Shown here one piece after another: positions 55,098-64,000 of a stretch of DNA of 64,000 nucleotides (position 1 is its first letter; every line of letters begins with the position of its first letter). Origin of the DNA: a virus (lineage: Duplodnaviria > Heunggongvirae > Uroviricota > Caudoviricetes); the IMG/VR virus record IMGVR_UViG_3300042868_003731, positions 89,967-153,966 of that record. One strand, given 5' to 3'. Position numbers and translations under genes: made by a program. The notes under the pieces were generated by a model that was given only the letters and a program-made list of their open reading frames with translations, was not told where the DNA came from and did no database searches.

Positions 55098-55144
55098 GTA
55101 AATAAATAAAGAAAACGACCAAACGAAAAGAGTCGAAGAATAGA

Positions 55145-56764
55145 ATGGCCACTACAATAAAACATAAGAGAAGCTCTGTATCGGATAGAGTACCAACAGT
55201 ATCCGATCTTGAGCTAGGCGAACTTGCGATTAACACCTTTGATGGTAATCTCTTTCTTAAGAGAAAGCAGGGTAATGACGAAGCGATTATAACGTTTCTT
55301 GCTAATAATCCTGTTAGAAATGTTGTATACGTTCAAAAGAATGGTAACGACTCAAATAGCGGAACATCATGGGATAGCGCGTTCGCAACGATAGAACAAG
55401 CTGTAGATGCAGCCTGGGATCGTGTAGGCGAGATTACTCTTATTGAGATAGGGCCGGGTGAGTACACAACGGAAGGTCATATAGATGTACCAGACGATGT
55501 AATCATACGTTCGGCGCATAGAAGTGCTATCATAAGACCGGAAACTGGTTTTGAAGAAAGAAATGTTTTTCGTCTTGGATCAGGATGCTTCGTAGAAGGT
55601 CTAATGTTTGACAATTGGAGACTTGACAGTCTAGATGATCCAACGGAAGGTTTTGCTTTCTGCTTTAGACAAGACGCGGTAATAAGAAGAGCTCCTTATA
55701 TTCATAAGGTTGTTGTGAGAACTACTCCGTTCTGGGACACGGTTGCGCCTCCTCTCGATAGAGAGAATCAGAACCCTCTTATTGGTCGTGGCGCTGGAGT
55801 TATACTCGCAGACGGCGCCGTCTGTTCTAAATATAGCATATATCCAAACATCATGGCGTGGGGTGCAACTCCTGTTTCGCACAATGGTATTGGATACGTC
55901 GCAAAGAACGGTGGTCTTATTAACGCCGTAAATGCGATTAGTATGTGGTCTCATAAACACTTTCTTGCTCTTGACGGCGGTCAAATCATTCTGTCTTCGT
56001 GTTCAACGCAATTTGGCGACTTTACTATGGTCGCAGATGGATCTAGGCAGATTGTGGTTCCAACAGAAGTAGCCGAGGGTTCTCTTTCCGTTCAAACAAC
56101 GGCGTCGACTGCAGTAAACTCCATAAAGGCTTCTATCGTAGAAGACGCATGGGACGATCTTGTTGCAGAAGATTACACAACCGGTTGGAACTCTCAAGAT
56201 GAAATATATTTTAGAAGAGAAGCTACGACTCTAATACAGTCCATAATATGGGTTTTACAAACGGCGAACGAAAAGCCGATGCTAGATTTTGCTAAGGGCT
56301 TATTTAACACTATATCGGAAAAAGTCTACGATCCTTCGAGAGAAGCCGCTCTTATATATATGTTTCAATTTATAAGAGACACTATTATTGCGCTTCCTAA
56401 TGTCAACTCTGCGTCTGACACGATAGTTACAAATCTAATCACTGCATTATTGAATACAATTCAAAATACAGAAACAGTTACGGAACCGTCTACGATCACT
56501 GCCATCAGTCATACTTGGACCGCTCTTATGGCCGGAGTCGCTCTTACTAAAATACCACCAGCAAGAAATTTTTCGACGATCGAAGAAAGTATACTCGAAT
56601 TAAACAACGGAGTGGTTATTGCATCTGGCCAGGATGATCAGGGTTCGGCGCTCTTCATTGGCGGTATGAAGATCGATGCCGATACTGGAGAACTTACTGG
56701 TCCTCCGTTTGAACAATCAGTTAATAGAATTGCTACTAGAGCTGCAATCGCAAGGAGTTTTTAA
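55145..56764 (+). CDS. Beta-helix virion protein A2
   Basis: N-terminal KRS....P....L..GELAIN..DG.LF.K fibre-anchor motif, YV..NGND.NSG...AF.TI..A; colinear with 35211-37775. Confidence 0.7.
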   Translation: MATTIKHKRSSVSDRVPTVSDLELGELAINTFDGNLFLKRKQGNDEAIITFLANNPVRNVVYVQKNGNDSNSGTSWDSAFATIEQAVDAAWDRVGEITLIEIGPGEYTTEGHIDVPDDVIIRSAHRSAIIRPETGFEERNVFRLGSGCFVEGLMFDNWRLDSLDDPTEGFAFCFRQDAVIRRAPYIHKVVVRTTPFWDTVAPPLDRENQNPLIGRGAGVILADGAVCSKYSIYPNIMAWGATPVSHNGIGYVAKNGGLINAVNAISMWSHKHFLALDGGQIILSSCSTQFGDFTMVADGSRQIVVPTEVAEGSLSVQTTASTAVNSIKASIVEDAWDDLVAEDYTTGWNSQDEIYFRREATTLIQSIIWVLQTANEKPMLDFAKGLFNTISEKVYDPSREAALIYMFQFIRDTIIALPNVNSASDTIVTNLITALLNTIQNTETVTEPSTITAISHTWTALMAGVALTKIPPARNFSTIEESILELNNGVVIASGQDDQGSALFIGGMKIDADTGELTGPPFEQSVNRIATRAAIARSF

Positions 56765-56766
56765 TC

Positions 56767-57234
56767 ATGGCACGTATTACATGCAGAACACCGTCAACGG
56801 GTAAGCCATTAAGAATAGCAAAAGAAAGTGTGTCAAACACGTTTGAAGTAATTGCAGAAGCTCCAGACTTTTCTGTTCCAGACGCATCTATTAAGTTTGC
56901 CGAAAGGGATCCTACGGACGAGGCTCGTGCTATAAGACCAGGAGAGATCTTTTTTCTTACGCCGCTAGCTGCAAAAAATAAAGACACATCGAACGATAGA
57001 TGGATAGAAATCATCCTTGTAACCGAAGATAATGATACGATAGAGCTTGGAAAACTTGAGGTTCCTGCTGGTGATACTGCTTTTATTCCTATTCAAGGTA
57101 GAAGTTTGTTTAAAAGAGTTGCTAACAATGCAACTGGAGATACGTTACAAGTTAGAAGCGAAATAAATGGAATATTTGATGTTTGGTCGGCAGCCGAAGA
57201 AAGACTGTCGAGCGAACACAGTGGTGTGGTGTAA
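56767..57234 (+). CDS. Small adaptor-like protein B2
   Basis: Paralogue of 37772-38197 at the same position in its cassette. Confidence 0.6.
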   Translation: MARITCRTPSTGKPLRIAKESVSNTFEVIAEAPDFSVPDASIKFAERDPTDEARAIRPGEIFFLTPLAAKNKDTSNDRWIEIILVTEDNDTIELGKLEVPAGDTAFIPIQGRSLFKRVANNATGDTLQVRSEINGIFDVWSAAEERLSSEHSGVV

Positions 57235-57239
57235 GATAG

Positions 57240-60200
57240 ATGACAGAATTTTTATCAGGTAAAGTAAAAAAGACGCCATCGACTCAAGCGTCTCCAGATA
57301 GATACAGGTATCTGAAACTTTCTGATGCGGAACCAGATCTTGGAGTTCCAGCCGGAAATAACTATGTGCTTGCTTCAGACGAAGAGGGTAATCGTTTTTG
57401 GCTTGATACTAGCGTAGTTCAAGGGATCCAAGGTACACAAGGTCTCCAAGGGCGTCAAGGTCTACAGGGTTTTCAAGGAACACAGGGTTCTCAAGGAACT
57501 CAAGGTCTGCAGGGTTCTCTAGGTTTTCAAGGTATTCAAGGTGCACAGGGTTCTCAAGGTACTCAGGGTTCACAGGGTACTCAGGGTATTGACGGAAACT
57601 TTGGCGGCGCTTCATTTGATTACACCTTTAGCAATTCTGTAGATGCAACCGATCCTGGAGTTGGAAAACTTAAATTTAGCAACACCGATATCACTACCGC
57701 TCTTAGTATGTACATCGATGACGCGGATGATAACAGTACAGACATACAAAGTTTCTTAAGAACGATAGACGACTCTACATCTACTATTAAGGGTCACTTT
57801 AGAGTATCAAACCGCACTAATTCTTCTCGTTTCGTGTTATTCACGATATCTTCAATAACAGAAGAAACTGGTTACTTCACAGTGGACGGATCTTATGTAT
57901 CCGGTTCTGTTTCTTCATTCAATAATAATGAAGATGTTATCATCACGTTTGCTCGTACAGGTGACATCGGTGACACTGGTCTTCAGGGTGTTCAGGGTAC
58001 GCAAGGAACTCAAGGTATTCAGGGAACTCAAGGGACACAGGGTCTTCAGGGAACCCAAGGTACTCAAGGAACGCAAGGAACTCAGGGAACTCAGGGAACG
58101 CAAGGTCTTCAAGGCGAACAAGGGACGCAGGGAACGCAAGGTCTTCAGGGAACTCAAGGGACGCAAGGGACGCAAGGCACCCAAGGTCTTCAAGGCGAGC
58201 AAGGAACTCAAGGGACGCAAGGCACCCAAGGCACCCAAGGAACTCAAGGGACGCAAGGAACTCAGGGAACCCAAGGCACCCAAGGTCTTCAAGGCGAGCA
58301 AGGAACTCAAGGGACGCAGGGTACACAAGGAACTCAGGGAACTCAGGGAACCCAAGGTCTCCAAGGCGAACAAGGTCTTCAGGGTACTCAAGGAACACAA
58401 GGTACTCAAGGTCTTCAGGGTCTACAAGGAGAGCAGGGAACTCAAGGTACACAGAGCCCACAGGGCTTACAAGGTCTTCAGGGTTCTCAGGGTACACAAG
58501 GTACTGCAGCAGTAGATGGGGATGAAGGCGCCCAGGGCATGCAGGGTCTTCAAGGGACGCAGGGTACGGGTACACAAGGAACTCAAGGTATTCAGGGAAC
58601 TCAAGGGACACAGGGTCTTCAGGGTACGCAAGGAACGCAAGGTCTTCAGGGTACGCAAGGAACGCAAGGTCTTCAGGGTACTCAAGGAACGCAAGGTCTT
58701 CAAGGTGAACAAGGAACCCAAGGTACTCAAGGAACCCAAGGCACTCAAGGTCTTCAAGGAACCCAAGGCACTCAAGGTCTTCAAGGCGAGCAGGGTCTTC
58801 AGGGAACCCAAGGTACTCAAGGAACCCAAGGCACTCAAGGTCTTCAAGGAACCCAAGGCACTCAAGGTCTTCAAGGCGAGCAGGGTCTTCAGGGAACTCA
58901 AGGAACTCAAGGGACACAGGGTACACAAGGCACTCAAGGTCTTCAAGGCGAGCAGGGTCTTCAGGGAACTCAAGGAACTCAAGGAACTCAAGGGACACAG
59001 GGTACACAAGGAACCCAAGGTCTTCAGGGAACTCAAGGAACCCAAGGCACTCAAGGTCTTCAAGGCGAGCAGGGTCTTCAGGGAACTCAAGGAACTCAAG
59101 GGACACAGGGTACTCAAGGAACGCAAGGTCTTCAAGGTGAACAAGGAACCCAAGGTACTCAGGGTCTTCAAGGTGAACAAGGAACCCAAGGTACTCAAGG
59201 TCTTCAGGGTGAGCAAGGAACACAGGGTCTACAGGGACTCCAAGGCATAGAGCTCGTATTAAATTACATTGGATTATGGACAGAAGCTAGCTATGTAAAA
59301 GATACTGTTGCTGTAAGCCCAGTTGATGGTAACACTTATGTATCAAAGCAAGTCATCACATCGGTTTACCAGGACCCTGCGGTTAATACTGCTGAATGGG
59401 AACTGTTTGTTCTACAAGGAACTCAGGGTCTTCAAGGAACACAAGGGACCCAGGGTCTTCAAGGAACACAAGGTACACAGGGGACACAAGGTCTACAAGG
59501 AACACAAGGAACACAAGGTACGCAGGGAACCCAGGGTTCACAAGGACTTCAGGGTGTTCAGGGCGAGCAAGGTATCCAAGGTACGCAAGGAACTCAAGGA
59601 ACACAGGGAACTCAAGGGGTACAAGGTGAGCAAGGTCTTCAAGGAACACAAGGTACGCAGGGAACCCAGGGTTCACAAGGACTTCAGGGTGTTCAGGGCG
59701 AGCAAGGTATCCAAGGAACACAAGGCCCACAGGGCATGCAAGGGCTTCAAGGTGATCAAGGCTTGCAAGGTATTCAAGGTTCTACCGCAGGTGATGCTGC
59801 TACTCTCGATGGATTAGACAGTCTACAATTCCTAAGATCGGACGTTAGTACCGCAATGACTAGCGGTTTCTTAACTCTCGCTCAAGATCCAACGGGAAAT
59901 CTACAAGCTGTCACAAAACAGTATGTAGATACTCTTGTATCTGCAGCTATACACTATCACGATCCAGTCAGAGTTGAATCACCGATAAATCTTAATGCTG
60001 CATATGATAATGGTACTTCTGGTGTAGGTGCAACTCTTACGAATGTCGGAACACAAGCAACTCTTATCATAGATGGCATTACTTTAGATATTGATGATCG
60101 TGTCTTATTATATCAACAAGCAAATACTGCACATAACGGCGTATATACAGTTTCAGACACTGGATCTGCGAACACTGCTTGGGTTCTTATTCGTTCAACG

Positions 60201-63200
60201 GATGCGGATTCTTATAGTCCAAGCAGTCCTGGTAACCTAGGAAAAGGTGACGCATTCTATGTTCTTGAAGGTGACACTGGGGCTGGTCAACTTTACGTGA
60301 TGACGACTGAAGGCACTATCGTTTTTGGAAGCACGGGTATAAACTTCTCTCAGATAAGTTCTTCTCAGATTTATAAAGCAGGGGCTGGATTAGAACTTAA
60401 TGGTGTAGAATTCTCTATAGACAACACCGCTAACATCGTAGTAAGCGGAGTCACTATCCAAAGTGTTGGGCCAGTAATTAATTCGAGCGGTGAATGGGTT
60501 GGATCTCCAACAAACCTACAAGGCCCGCAGGGTACTCAGGGTCTTCAGGGTACTCAGGGTCTTCAGGGTACTCAAGGTACTCAGGGTACTCAAGGTACTC
60601 AGGGAACACAGGGTCTTCAGGGAACACAGGGTCTTCAGGGTACTCAAGGTACTCAGGGTACTCAAGGTACTCAGGGAACACAGGGTCTTCAGGGAACACA
60701 GGGTCTTCAGGGTACTCAAGGTACTCAGGGAACACAGGGTCTTCAGGGTACTCAAGGTACTCAGGGTACTCAAGGTACTCAGGGAACACAGGGTCTTCAG
60801 GGAACACAGGGTCTTCAGGGTACTCAGGGAACTCAGGGAACACAGGGTCTTCAGGGTACTCAAGGTACTCAAGGTACTCAAGGTACTCAGGGTCTTCAGG
60901 GTACTCAAGGTACTCAGGGTACTCAGGGTACACAAGGCACTCAAGGTCTTCAAGGCGAGCAGGGTCTTCAGGGTACTCAAGGAACTCAAGGTACTCAAGG
61001 AACTCAAGGTACTCAAGGAACTCAGGGAACTCAGGGAACACAGGGTCTTCAGGGTACTCAAGGAACTCAAGGAACTCAAGGTATACAAGGAACTCAGGGC
61101 ACTCAAGGTCTTCAGGGCACACAAGGTACGCAAGGAACTCAGGGAACTCAAGGTACGCAAGGAACTCAGGGAACCCAAGGGCTTCAGGGTACTCAAGGAA
61201 CTCAAGGAACACAAGGAACCCAAGGTCTTCAGGGTACTCAGGGTACTCAAGGAACACAAGGAACCCAAGGTCTTCAGGGTACTCAGGGTACTCAAGGAAC
61301 CCAAGGTCTTCAAGGAACTCAGGGCACTCAAGGGACACAGGGTCTTCAAGGAACTCAGGGCACTCAAGGGACACAGGGTCTTCAAGGAACTGGTGTTCAA
61401 GGATTACAAGGTCTGGATGGTGGTTTTAATAATTGGTTAGTAAAAACAACTACATACACCGCAGTTTCCGGAGACAGAATTCTAGCAGACACTTCTGGGG
61501 GAACATTCACAATTAATCTTCCGGCTGCTCCTTCTACAGGCGATTTTGTAATTATTGCAGATCCAGCCGACTGGGCGGCCACCAACCTTACGGTTGGAAG
61601 AAACGGAAGCACAATCGAAGGAGTTTCAGACGACGTTGCAATGGATGTGAAAGGTTTCTCTGTAGAATTTGCTTATGATGGCTCTACTTGGGAAATATTT
61701 ACTGCAATTGGTGTTCAAGGTATTCAAGGTGTACAGGGTCCTCAAGGACTCCAAGGTAGACAAGGTACTCAAGGTCTTCAGGGAACTCAAGGCACTCAAG
61801 GTGTACAGGGTCCTCAAGGACTCCAAGGTAGACAAGGTACTCAAGGTCTTCAGGGAACTCAAGGCACTCAAGGTCTTCAGGGAACTCAAGGCACTCAAGG
61901 TCTTCAAGGAACACAAGGAACGCAGGGAACTCAAGGCACTCAAGGTCTTCAGGGAACTCAAGGTACTCAAGGTCTTCAAGGAACACAAGGAACGCAGGGA
62001 ACTCAAGGTACTCAAGGTCTACAGGGTACTCAGGGAACTCAAGGTCTACAGGGTCCTCAGGGAACTCAAGGTCTACAGGGTAGACAGGGTGTACAAGGAT
62101 TTGATGGCGGTTTGCTTACACCCGGTAGTTATGTAGTTCGTGCAGTTAAAGACATAGCACAAACTGTCACCAACGGCGCCGATACAGTTGTTACATTTTC
62201 AGATGATTTTGATCCACAGAATTGGTTCGCTTCAAATAGGTTCCAACCAACTGTTGCCGGTTATTACAATATTACTGCTCAGGTTTGGTGGGATGCTGGC
62301 GCAGTAACTAATAATCAAAACAATATCCAACTTAGAAAAAATGGAACTACGCAGCTAGCAATTAGTCAAGATCAAATCATGACTGGTTCTGGTTATGCAA
62401 TGACATTTTCCACTATTGCATATTTTAACGGTACAACAGATTATGTCGAAGTTACTGCATTTACTGGAAATACAACTTCTCAGAACATTAATAGCAGTGC
62501 AAACGGCACATATTTTACAGCTGCATTGTATGCATATGGCCCGCAGGGTATTCAAGGTATTCAAGGTACAACTGGAACTCAAGGTTTCCAAGGTATTCAA
62601 GGAACTCAGGGAACACAAGGTACACAAGGGACTCAGGGCACGCAGGGTACTCAAGGCCTACAAGGTAGACAAGGTTTCCAAGGTATTCAAGGTACCCAAG
62701 GAACTCAGGGTACAACTGGATCCCAAGGTCTCCAAGGTATTCAAGGTATTCAAGGTACTCAAGGAACCCAAGGTACGACTGGATCTCAAGGCCTACAAGG
62801 TAGACAAGGTTTCCAAGGTATTCAAGGAACTCAGGGAACACAAGGTACAACTGGAACTCAAGGTTTCCAAGGTATTCAAGGTATTCAAGGTACTCAAGGA
62901 ACCCAAGGTACGACTGGATCTCAAGGTCTTCAGGGAACTCAAGGAACTCAAGGAACGCAGGGTCTTCAGGGTACTCAGGGTACACAAGGTCTTCAGGGTA
63001 CTCAGGGTACTCAAGGTCTTCAGGGAACTCAAGGGACACAGGGTCTTCAGGGTACTCGGGGTACACAAGGTCTTCAGGGTACTCAGGGTACTCAGGGTAC
63101 TCAAGGCATTCAAGGTATTCAAGGGGTTGGCTCTCAAGGTATTGGCGGAACAGGTTCACAGGGTGTTCAAGGTATCCAAGGTACATCAGGACCGTCTACT

Positions 63201-63626
63201 ACGATTAACGCGTCTGACGATACCACCACTAATGCGACTCATTACCCAGTATTCGTAGCAGCGGCTGGATCGAATCAAACGGCAGAAGTTTCTACAACTA
63301 AACTGTATTTCAATCCTTCGACCGGTGATCTCTCGGCGACTAACTTCAACTCGCTTTCAGACGAAACGTTTAAAGAAAACTTTATGTCTATTGATAACAG
63401 CTTTGATATTCTAGAAAGAATAAATACATATAGTTTCGATTGGAAAGATAACAAAACTAAGAGTTACGGTGTGATTGCGCAGGAACTTGAAAAGATAATG
63501 CCAGAACTCGTGAAAACAAACGGAAACGGTTGGAAGACGGTTGCATATACTCCACTTATTGCGATCTTAATAGAAGCAGTTAAGAGACTAAAAGCCGATA
63601 TCGAAAACATAAAGAGAGATAACTAA
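57240..63626 (+). CDS. Giant collagen-like (Gly-Thr-Gln) fibre protein C2, 2128 aa, with S74 chaperone
   Basis: Six G-X-Q tracts separated by globular domains; C-terminal SDETFKEN...YGVIAQELE..PELV...VAY..LI.ILIEAVK.L. Confidence 0.88.
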   Translation: MTEFLSGKVKKTPSTQASPDRYRYLKLSDAEPDLGVPAGNNYVLASDEEGNRFWLDTSVVQGIQGTQGLQGRQGLQGFQGTQGSQGTQGLQGSLGFQGIQGAQGSQGTQGSQGTQGIDGNFGGASFDYTFSNSVDATDPGVGKLKFSNTDITTALSMYIDDADDNSTDIQSFLRTIDDSTSTIKGHFRVSNRTNSSRFVLFTISSITEETGYFTVDGSYVSGSVSSFNNNEDVIITFARTGDIGDTGLQGVQGTQGTQGIQGTQGTQGLQGTQGTQGTQGTQGTQGTQGLQGEQGTQGTQGLQGTQGTQGTQGTQGLQGEQGTQGTQGTQGTQGTQGTQGTQGTQGTQGLQGEQGTQGTQGTQGTQGTQGTQGLQGEQGLQGTQGTQGTQGLQGLQGEQGTQGTQSPQGLQGLQGSQGTQGTAAVDGDEGAQGMQGLQGTQGTGTQGTQGIQGTQGTQGLQGTQGTQGLQGTQGTQGLQGTQGTQGLQGEQGTQGTQGTQGTQGLQGTQGTQGLQGEQGLQGTQGTQGTQGTQGLQGTQGTQGLQGEQGLQGTQGTQGTQGTQGTQGLQGEQGLQGTQGTQGTQGTQGTQGTQGLQGTQGTQGTQGLQGEQGLQGTQGTQGTQGTQGTQGLQGEQGTQGTQGLQGEQGTQGTQGLQGEQGTQGLQGLQGIELVLNYIGLWTEASYVKDTVAVSPVDGNTYVSKQVITSVYQDPAVNTAEWELFVLQGTQGLQGTQGTQGLQGTQGTQGTQGLQGTQGTQGTQGTQGSQGLQGVQGEQGIQGTQGTQGTQGTQGVQGEQGLQGTQGTQGTQGSQGLQGVQGEQGIQGTQGPQGMQGLQGDQGLQGIQGSTAGDAATLDGLDSLQFLRSDVSTAMTSGFLTLAQDPTGNLQAVTKQYVDTLVSAAIHYHDPVRVESPINLNAAYDNGTSGVGATLTNVGTQATLIIDGITLDIDDRVLLYQQANTAHNGVYTVSDTGSANTAWVLIRSTDADSYSPSSPGNLGKGDAFYVLEGDTGAGQLYVMTTEGTIVFGSTGINFSQISSSQIYKAGAGLELNGVEFSIDNTANIVVSGVTIQSVGPVINSSGEWVGSPTNLQGPQGTQGLQGTQGLQGTQGTQGTQGTQGTQGLQGTQGLQGTQGTQGTQGTQGTQGLQGTQGLQGTQGTQGTQGLQGTQGTQGTQGTQGTQGLQGTQGLQGTQGTQGTQGLQGTQGTQGTQGTQGLQGTQGTQGTQGTQGTQGLQGEQGLQGTQGTQGTQGTQGTQGTQGTQGTQGLQGTQGTQGTQGIQGTQGTQGLQGTQGTQGTQGTQGTQGTQGTQGLQGTQGTQGTQGTQGLQGTQGTQGTQGTQGLQGTQGTQGTQGLQGTQGTQGTQGLQGTQGTQGTQGLQGTGVQGLQGLDGGFNNWLVKTTTYTAVSGDRILADTSGGTFTINLPAAPSTGDFVIIADPADWAATNLTVGRNGSTIEGVSDDVAMDVKGFSVEFAYDGSTWEIFTAIGVQGIQGVQGPQGLQGRQGTQGLQGTQGTQGVQGPQGLQGRQGTQGLQGTQGTQGLQGTQGTQGLQGTQGTQGTQGTQGLQGTQGTQGLQGTQGTQGTQGTQGLQGTQGTQGLQGPQGTQGLQGRQGVQGFDGGLLTPGSYVVRAVKDIAQTVTNGADTVVTFSDDFDPQNWFASNRFQPTVAGYYNITAQVWWDAGAVTNNQNNIQLRKNGTTQLAISQDQIMTGSGYAMTFSTIAYFNGTTDYVEVTAFTGNTTSQNINSSANGTYFTAALYAYGPQGIQGIQGTTGTQGFQGIQGTQGTQGTQGTQGTQGTQGLQGRQGFQGIQGTQGTQGTTGSQGLQGIQGIQGTQGTQGTTGSQGLQGRQGFQGIQGTQGTQGTTGTQGFQGIQGIQGTQGTQGTTGSQGLQGTQGTQGTQGLQGTQGTQGLQGTQGTQGLQGTQGTQGLQGTRGTQGLQGTQGTQGTQGIQGIQGVGSQGIGGTGSQGVQGIQGTSGPSTTINASDDTTTNATHYPVFVAAAGSNQTAEVSTTKLYFNPSTGDLSATNFNSLSDETFKENFMSIDNSFDILERINTYSFDWKDNKTKSYGVIAQELEKIMPELVKTNGNGWKTVAYTPLIAILIEAVKRLKADIENIKRDN
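57960..63190 (+). repeat. Degenerate 9-bp tandem repeats (GGNACNCAR/GGTCTTCAR) encoding collagen triplets
   Basis: Directly visible. Includes exact 72-bp tandem copies starting at 60557/60629 and 61725/61797. Confidence 0.95.
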
Positions 63627-63895
63627 TGCCAGTATCGTTAAGGACGTTAGTAGGAGTTAATGTTAGTATTGGCGGAATAACCGCTGATGGCGCAGGAAAT
63701 ATAGGCATTGGGACGTTAATCCCATCTCAAAAACTGCACGTGGAAGGCAATGTTAGAATAACTGGAGCCATATATGACAGCACAAATTCACCTGGATCTT
63801 TTGGACAAGTATTACACTCTTCTGCAAACAGTGTCTTTTGGGATACACCTGTAACGACGGCAGACGCAGTTGCATACGCAATCGCATTGGGTTAA
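63626..63895 (+). CDS. Small fibre-type protein
   Basis: GNIGIGT..P.QKLHV.GN.RITG.IYDS....G..GQVL.S motif of phage fibre repeats. Confidence 0.65.
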   Translation: MPVSLRTLVGVNVSIGGITADGAGNIGIGTLIPSQKLHVEGNVRITGAIYDSTNSPGSFGQVLHSSANSVFWDTPVTTADAVAYAIALG

Positions 63896-63916
63896 ATAAT
63901 CAACGCTATCGTGGCA

Positions 63917-63924
63917 GATAAATA
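63917..63924 (+). promoter_or_regulatory. Late-promoter variant
   Basis: Intergenic GATAAATA before the final ORF start. Confidence 0.4.
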
Positions 63925-63967
63925 AATGTAGTTGAGATAACTATATTATGCGGAGACTTATTACACT

Positions 63968-64000
63968 ATGTCATTTTTTGAACACATAAAAGATTCATAT
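63968..64000 (+). CDS. Start of an ORF truncated by the window edge (MSFFEHIKDSY...)
   Basis: ATG 63968 with GGAG upstream; open to the end of the window. Confidence 0.4.
   Translation, partial: MSFFEHIKDSY

Noticed and set aside
57960-63190. Tandem repeats as a CRISPR array or DGR template
   Set aside because: No constant repeat with unique spacers, no cas or reverse transcriptase gene, and the repeats are in-frame coding.
57409-63258. Many long alternative-frame and antisense ORFs (LEYPE-, VLKVFRE-, TLSTL-, SRYSG-rich)
   Set aside because: They are shadows of the 9-bp collagen repeat, which lacks stops in other frames; they have no RBS or domain content.
1-64000. tRNA, rRNA, introns or inteins
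   Set aside because: Intergenic gaps are short with no cloverleaf recognised, and core genes have normal lengths without Hint or homing-nuclease inserts; a tRNAscan/Infernal run would confirm.

Overview
This window is a segment of a large T4-superfamily myovirus genome. It is gene-dense and carries T4 core homologues plus T4-type TATAAATA late promoters. No host genes, tRNA, rRNA or CRISPR array were seen. Layout: (i) 1-6.7 kb, a DNA-modification cluster: UDG-like fragment, amino-MTase, nucleotidyltransferase-kinase fusion, HAD phosphatase, BGT-like glycosyltransferase, a C5-cytosine-MTase-like enzyme with a remodelled cofactor pocket, DexA and a GT-A enzyme. (ii) 6.7-11.6 kb, gp45, gp44, gp62, regA, dUTPase, an intact alternative oxidase and Hsp20 with a structured leader. 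(iii) 11.6-16.3 kb, a minus-strand block: tape-measure-like protein, gp51, gp26, gp54/19-like, gp2, gp4. (iv) 16.3-35.1 kb, baseplate genes: gp48, split gp53, gp27-like, gp5 with C-terminal lysozyme, an M15 peptidase fusion, gp25, gp6, gp7, gp8, a DUF4815/VrlC-like protein and a fibre. (v) 35.2-64 kb, two paralogous three-gene fibre cassettes (beta-helix protein + small adaptor + Gly-Thr-Gln collagen fibre with S74 chaperone). Between the cassettes lies a 13-kb island: PP-loop enzyme, TctA/TctC-like transporter, RmlB, a Tyr-Gly repeat protein, three glycosyltransferases, two 2OG-Fe(II) oxygenases, a radical SAM enzyme and a sulfotransferase. The best candidates for undescribed systems are a clamp-coupled cytosine hypermodification pathway and a late-expressed virion-fibre glycosylation/decoration system. 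All protein assignments come from motif recognition by eye; no database searches were run. A proteobacterial host (possibly alphaproteobacterial) is an inference only.
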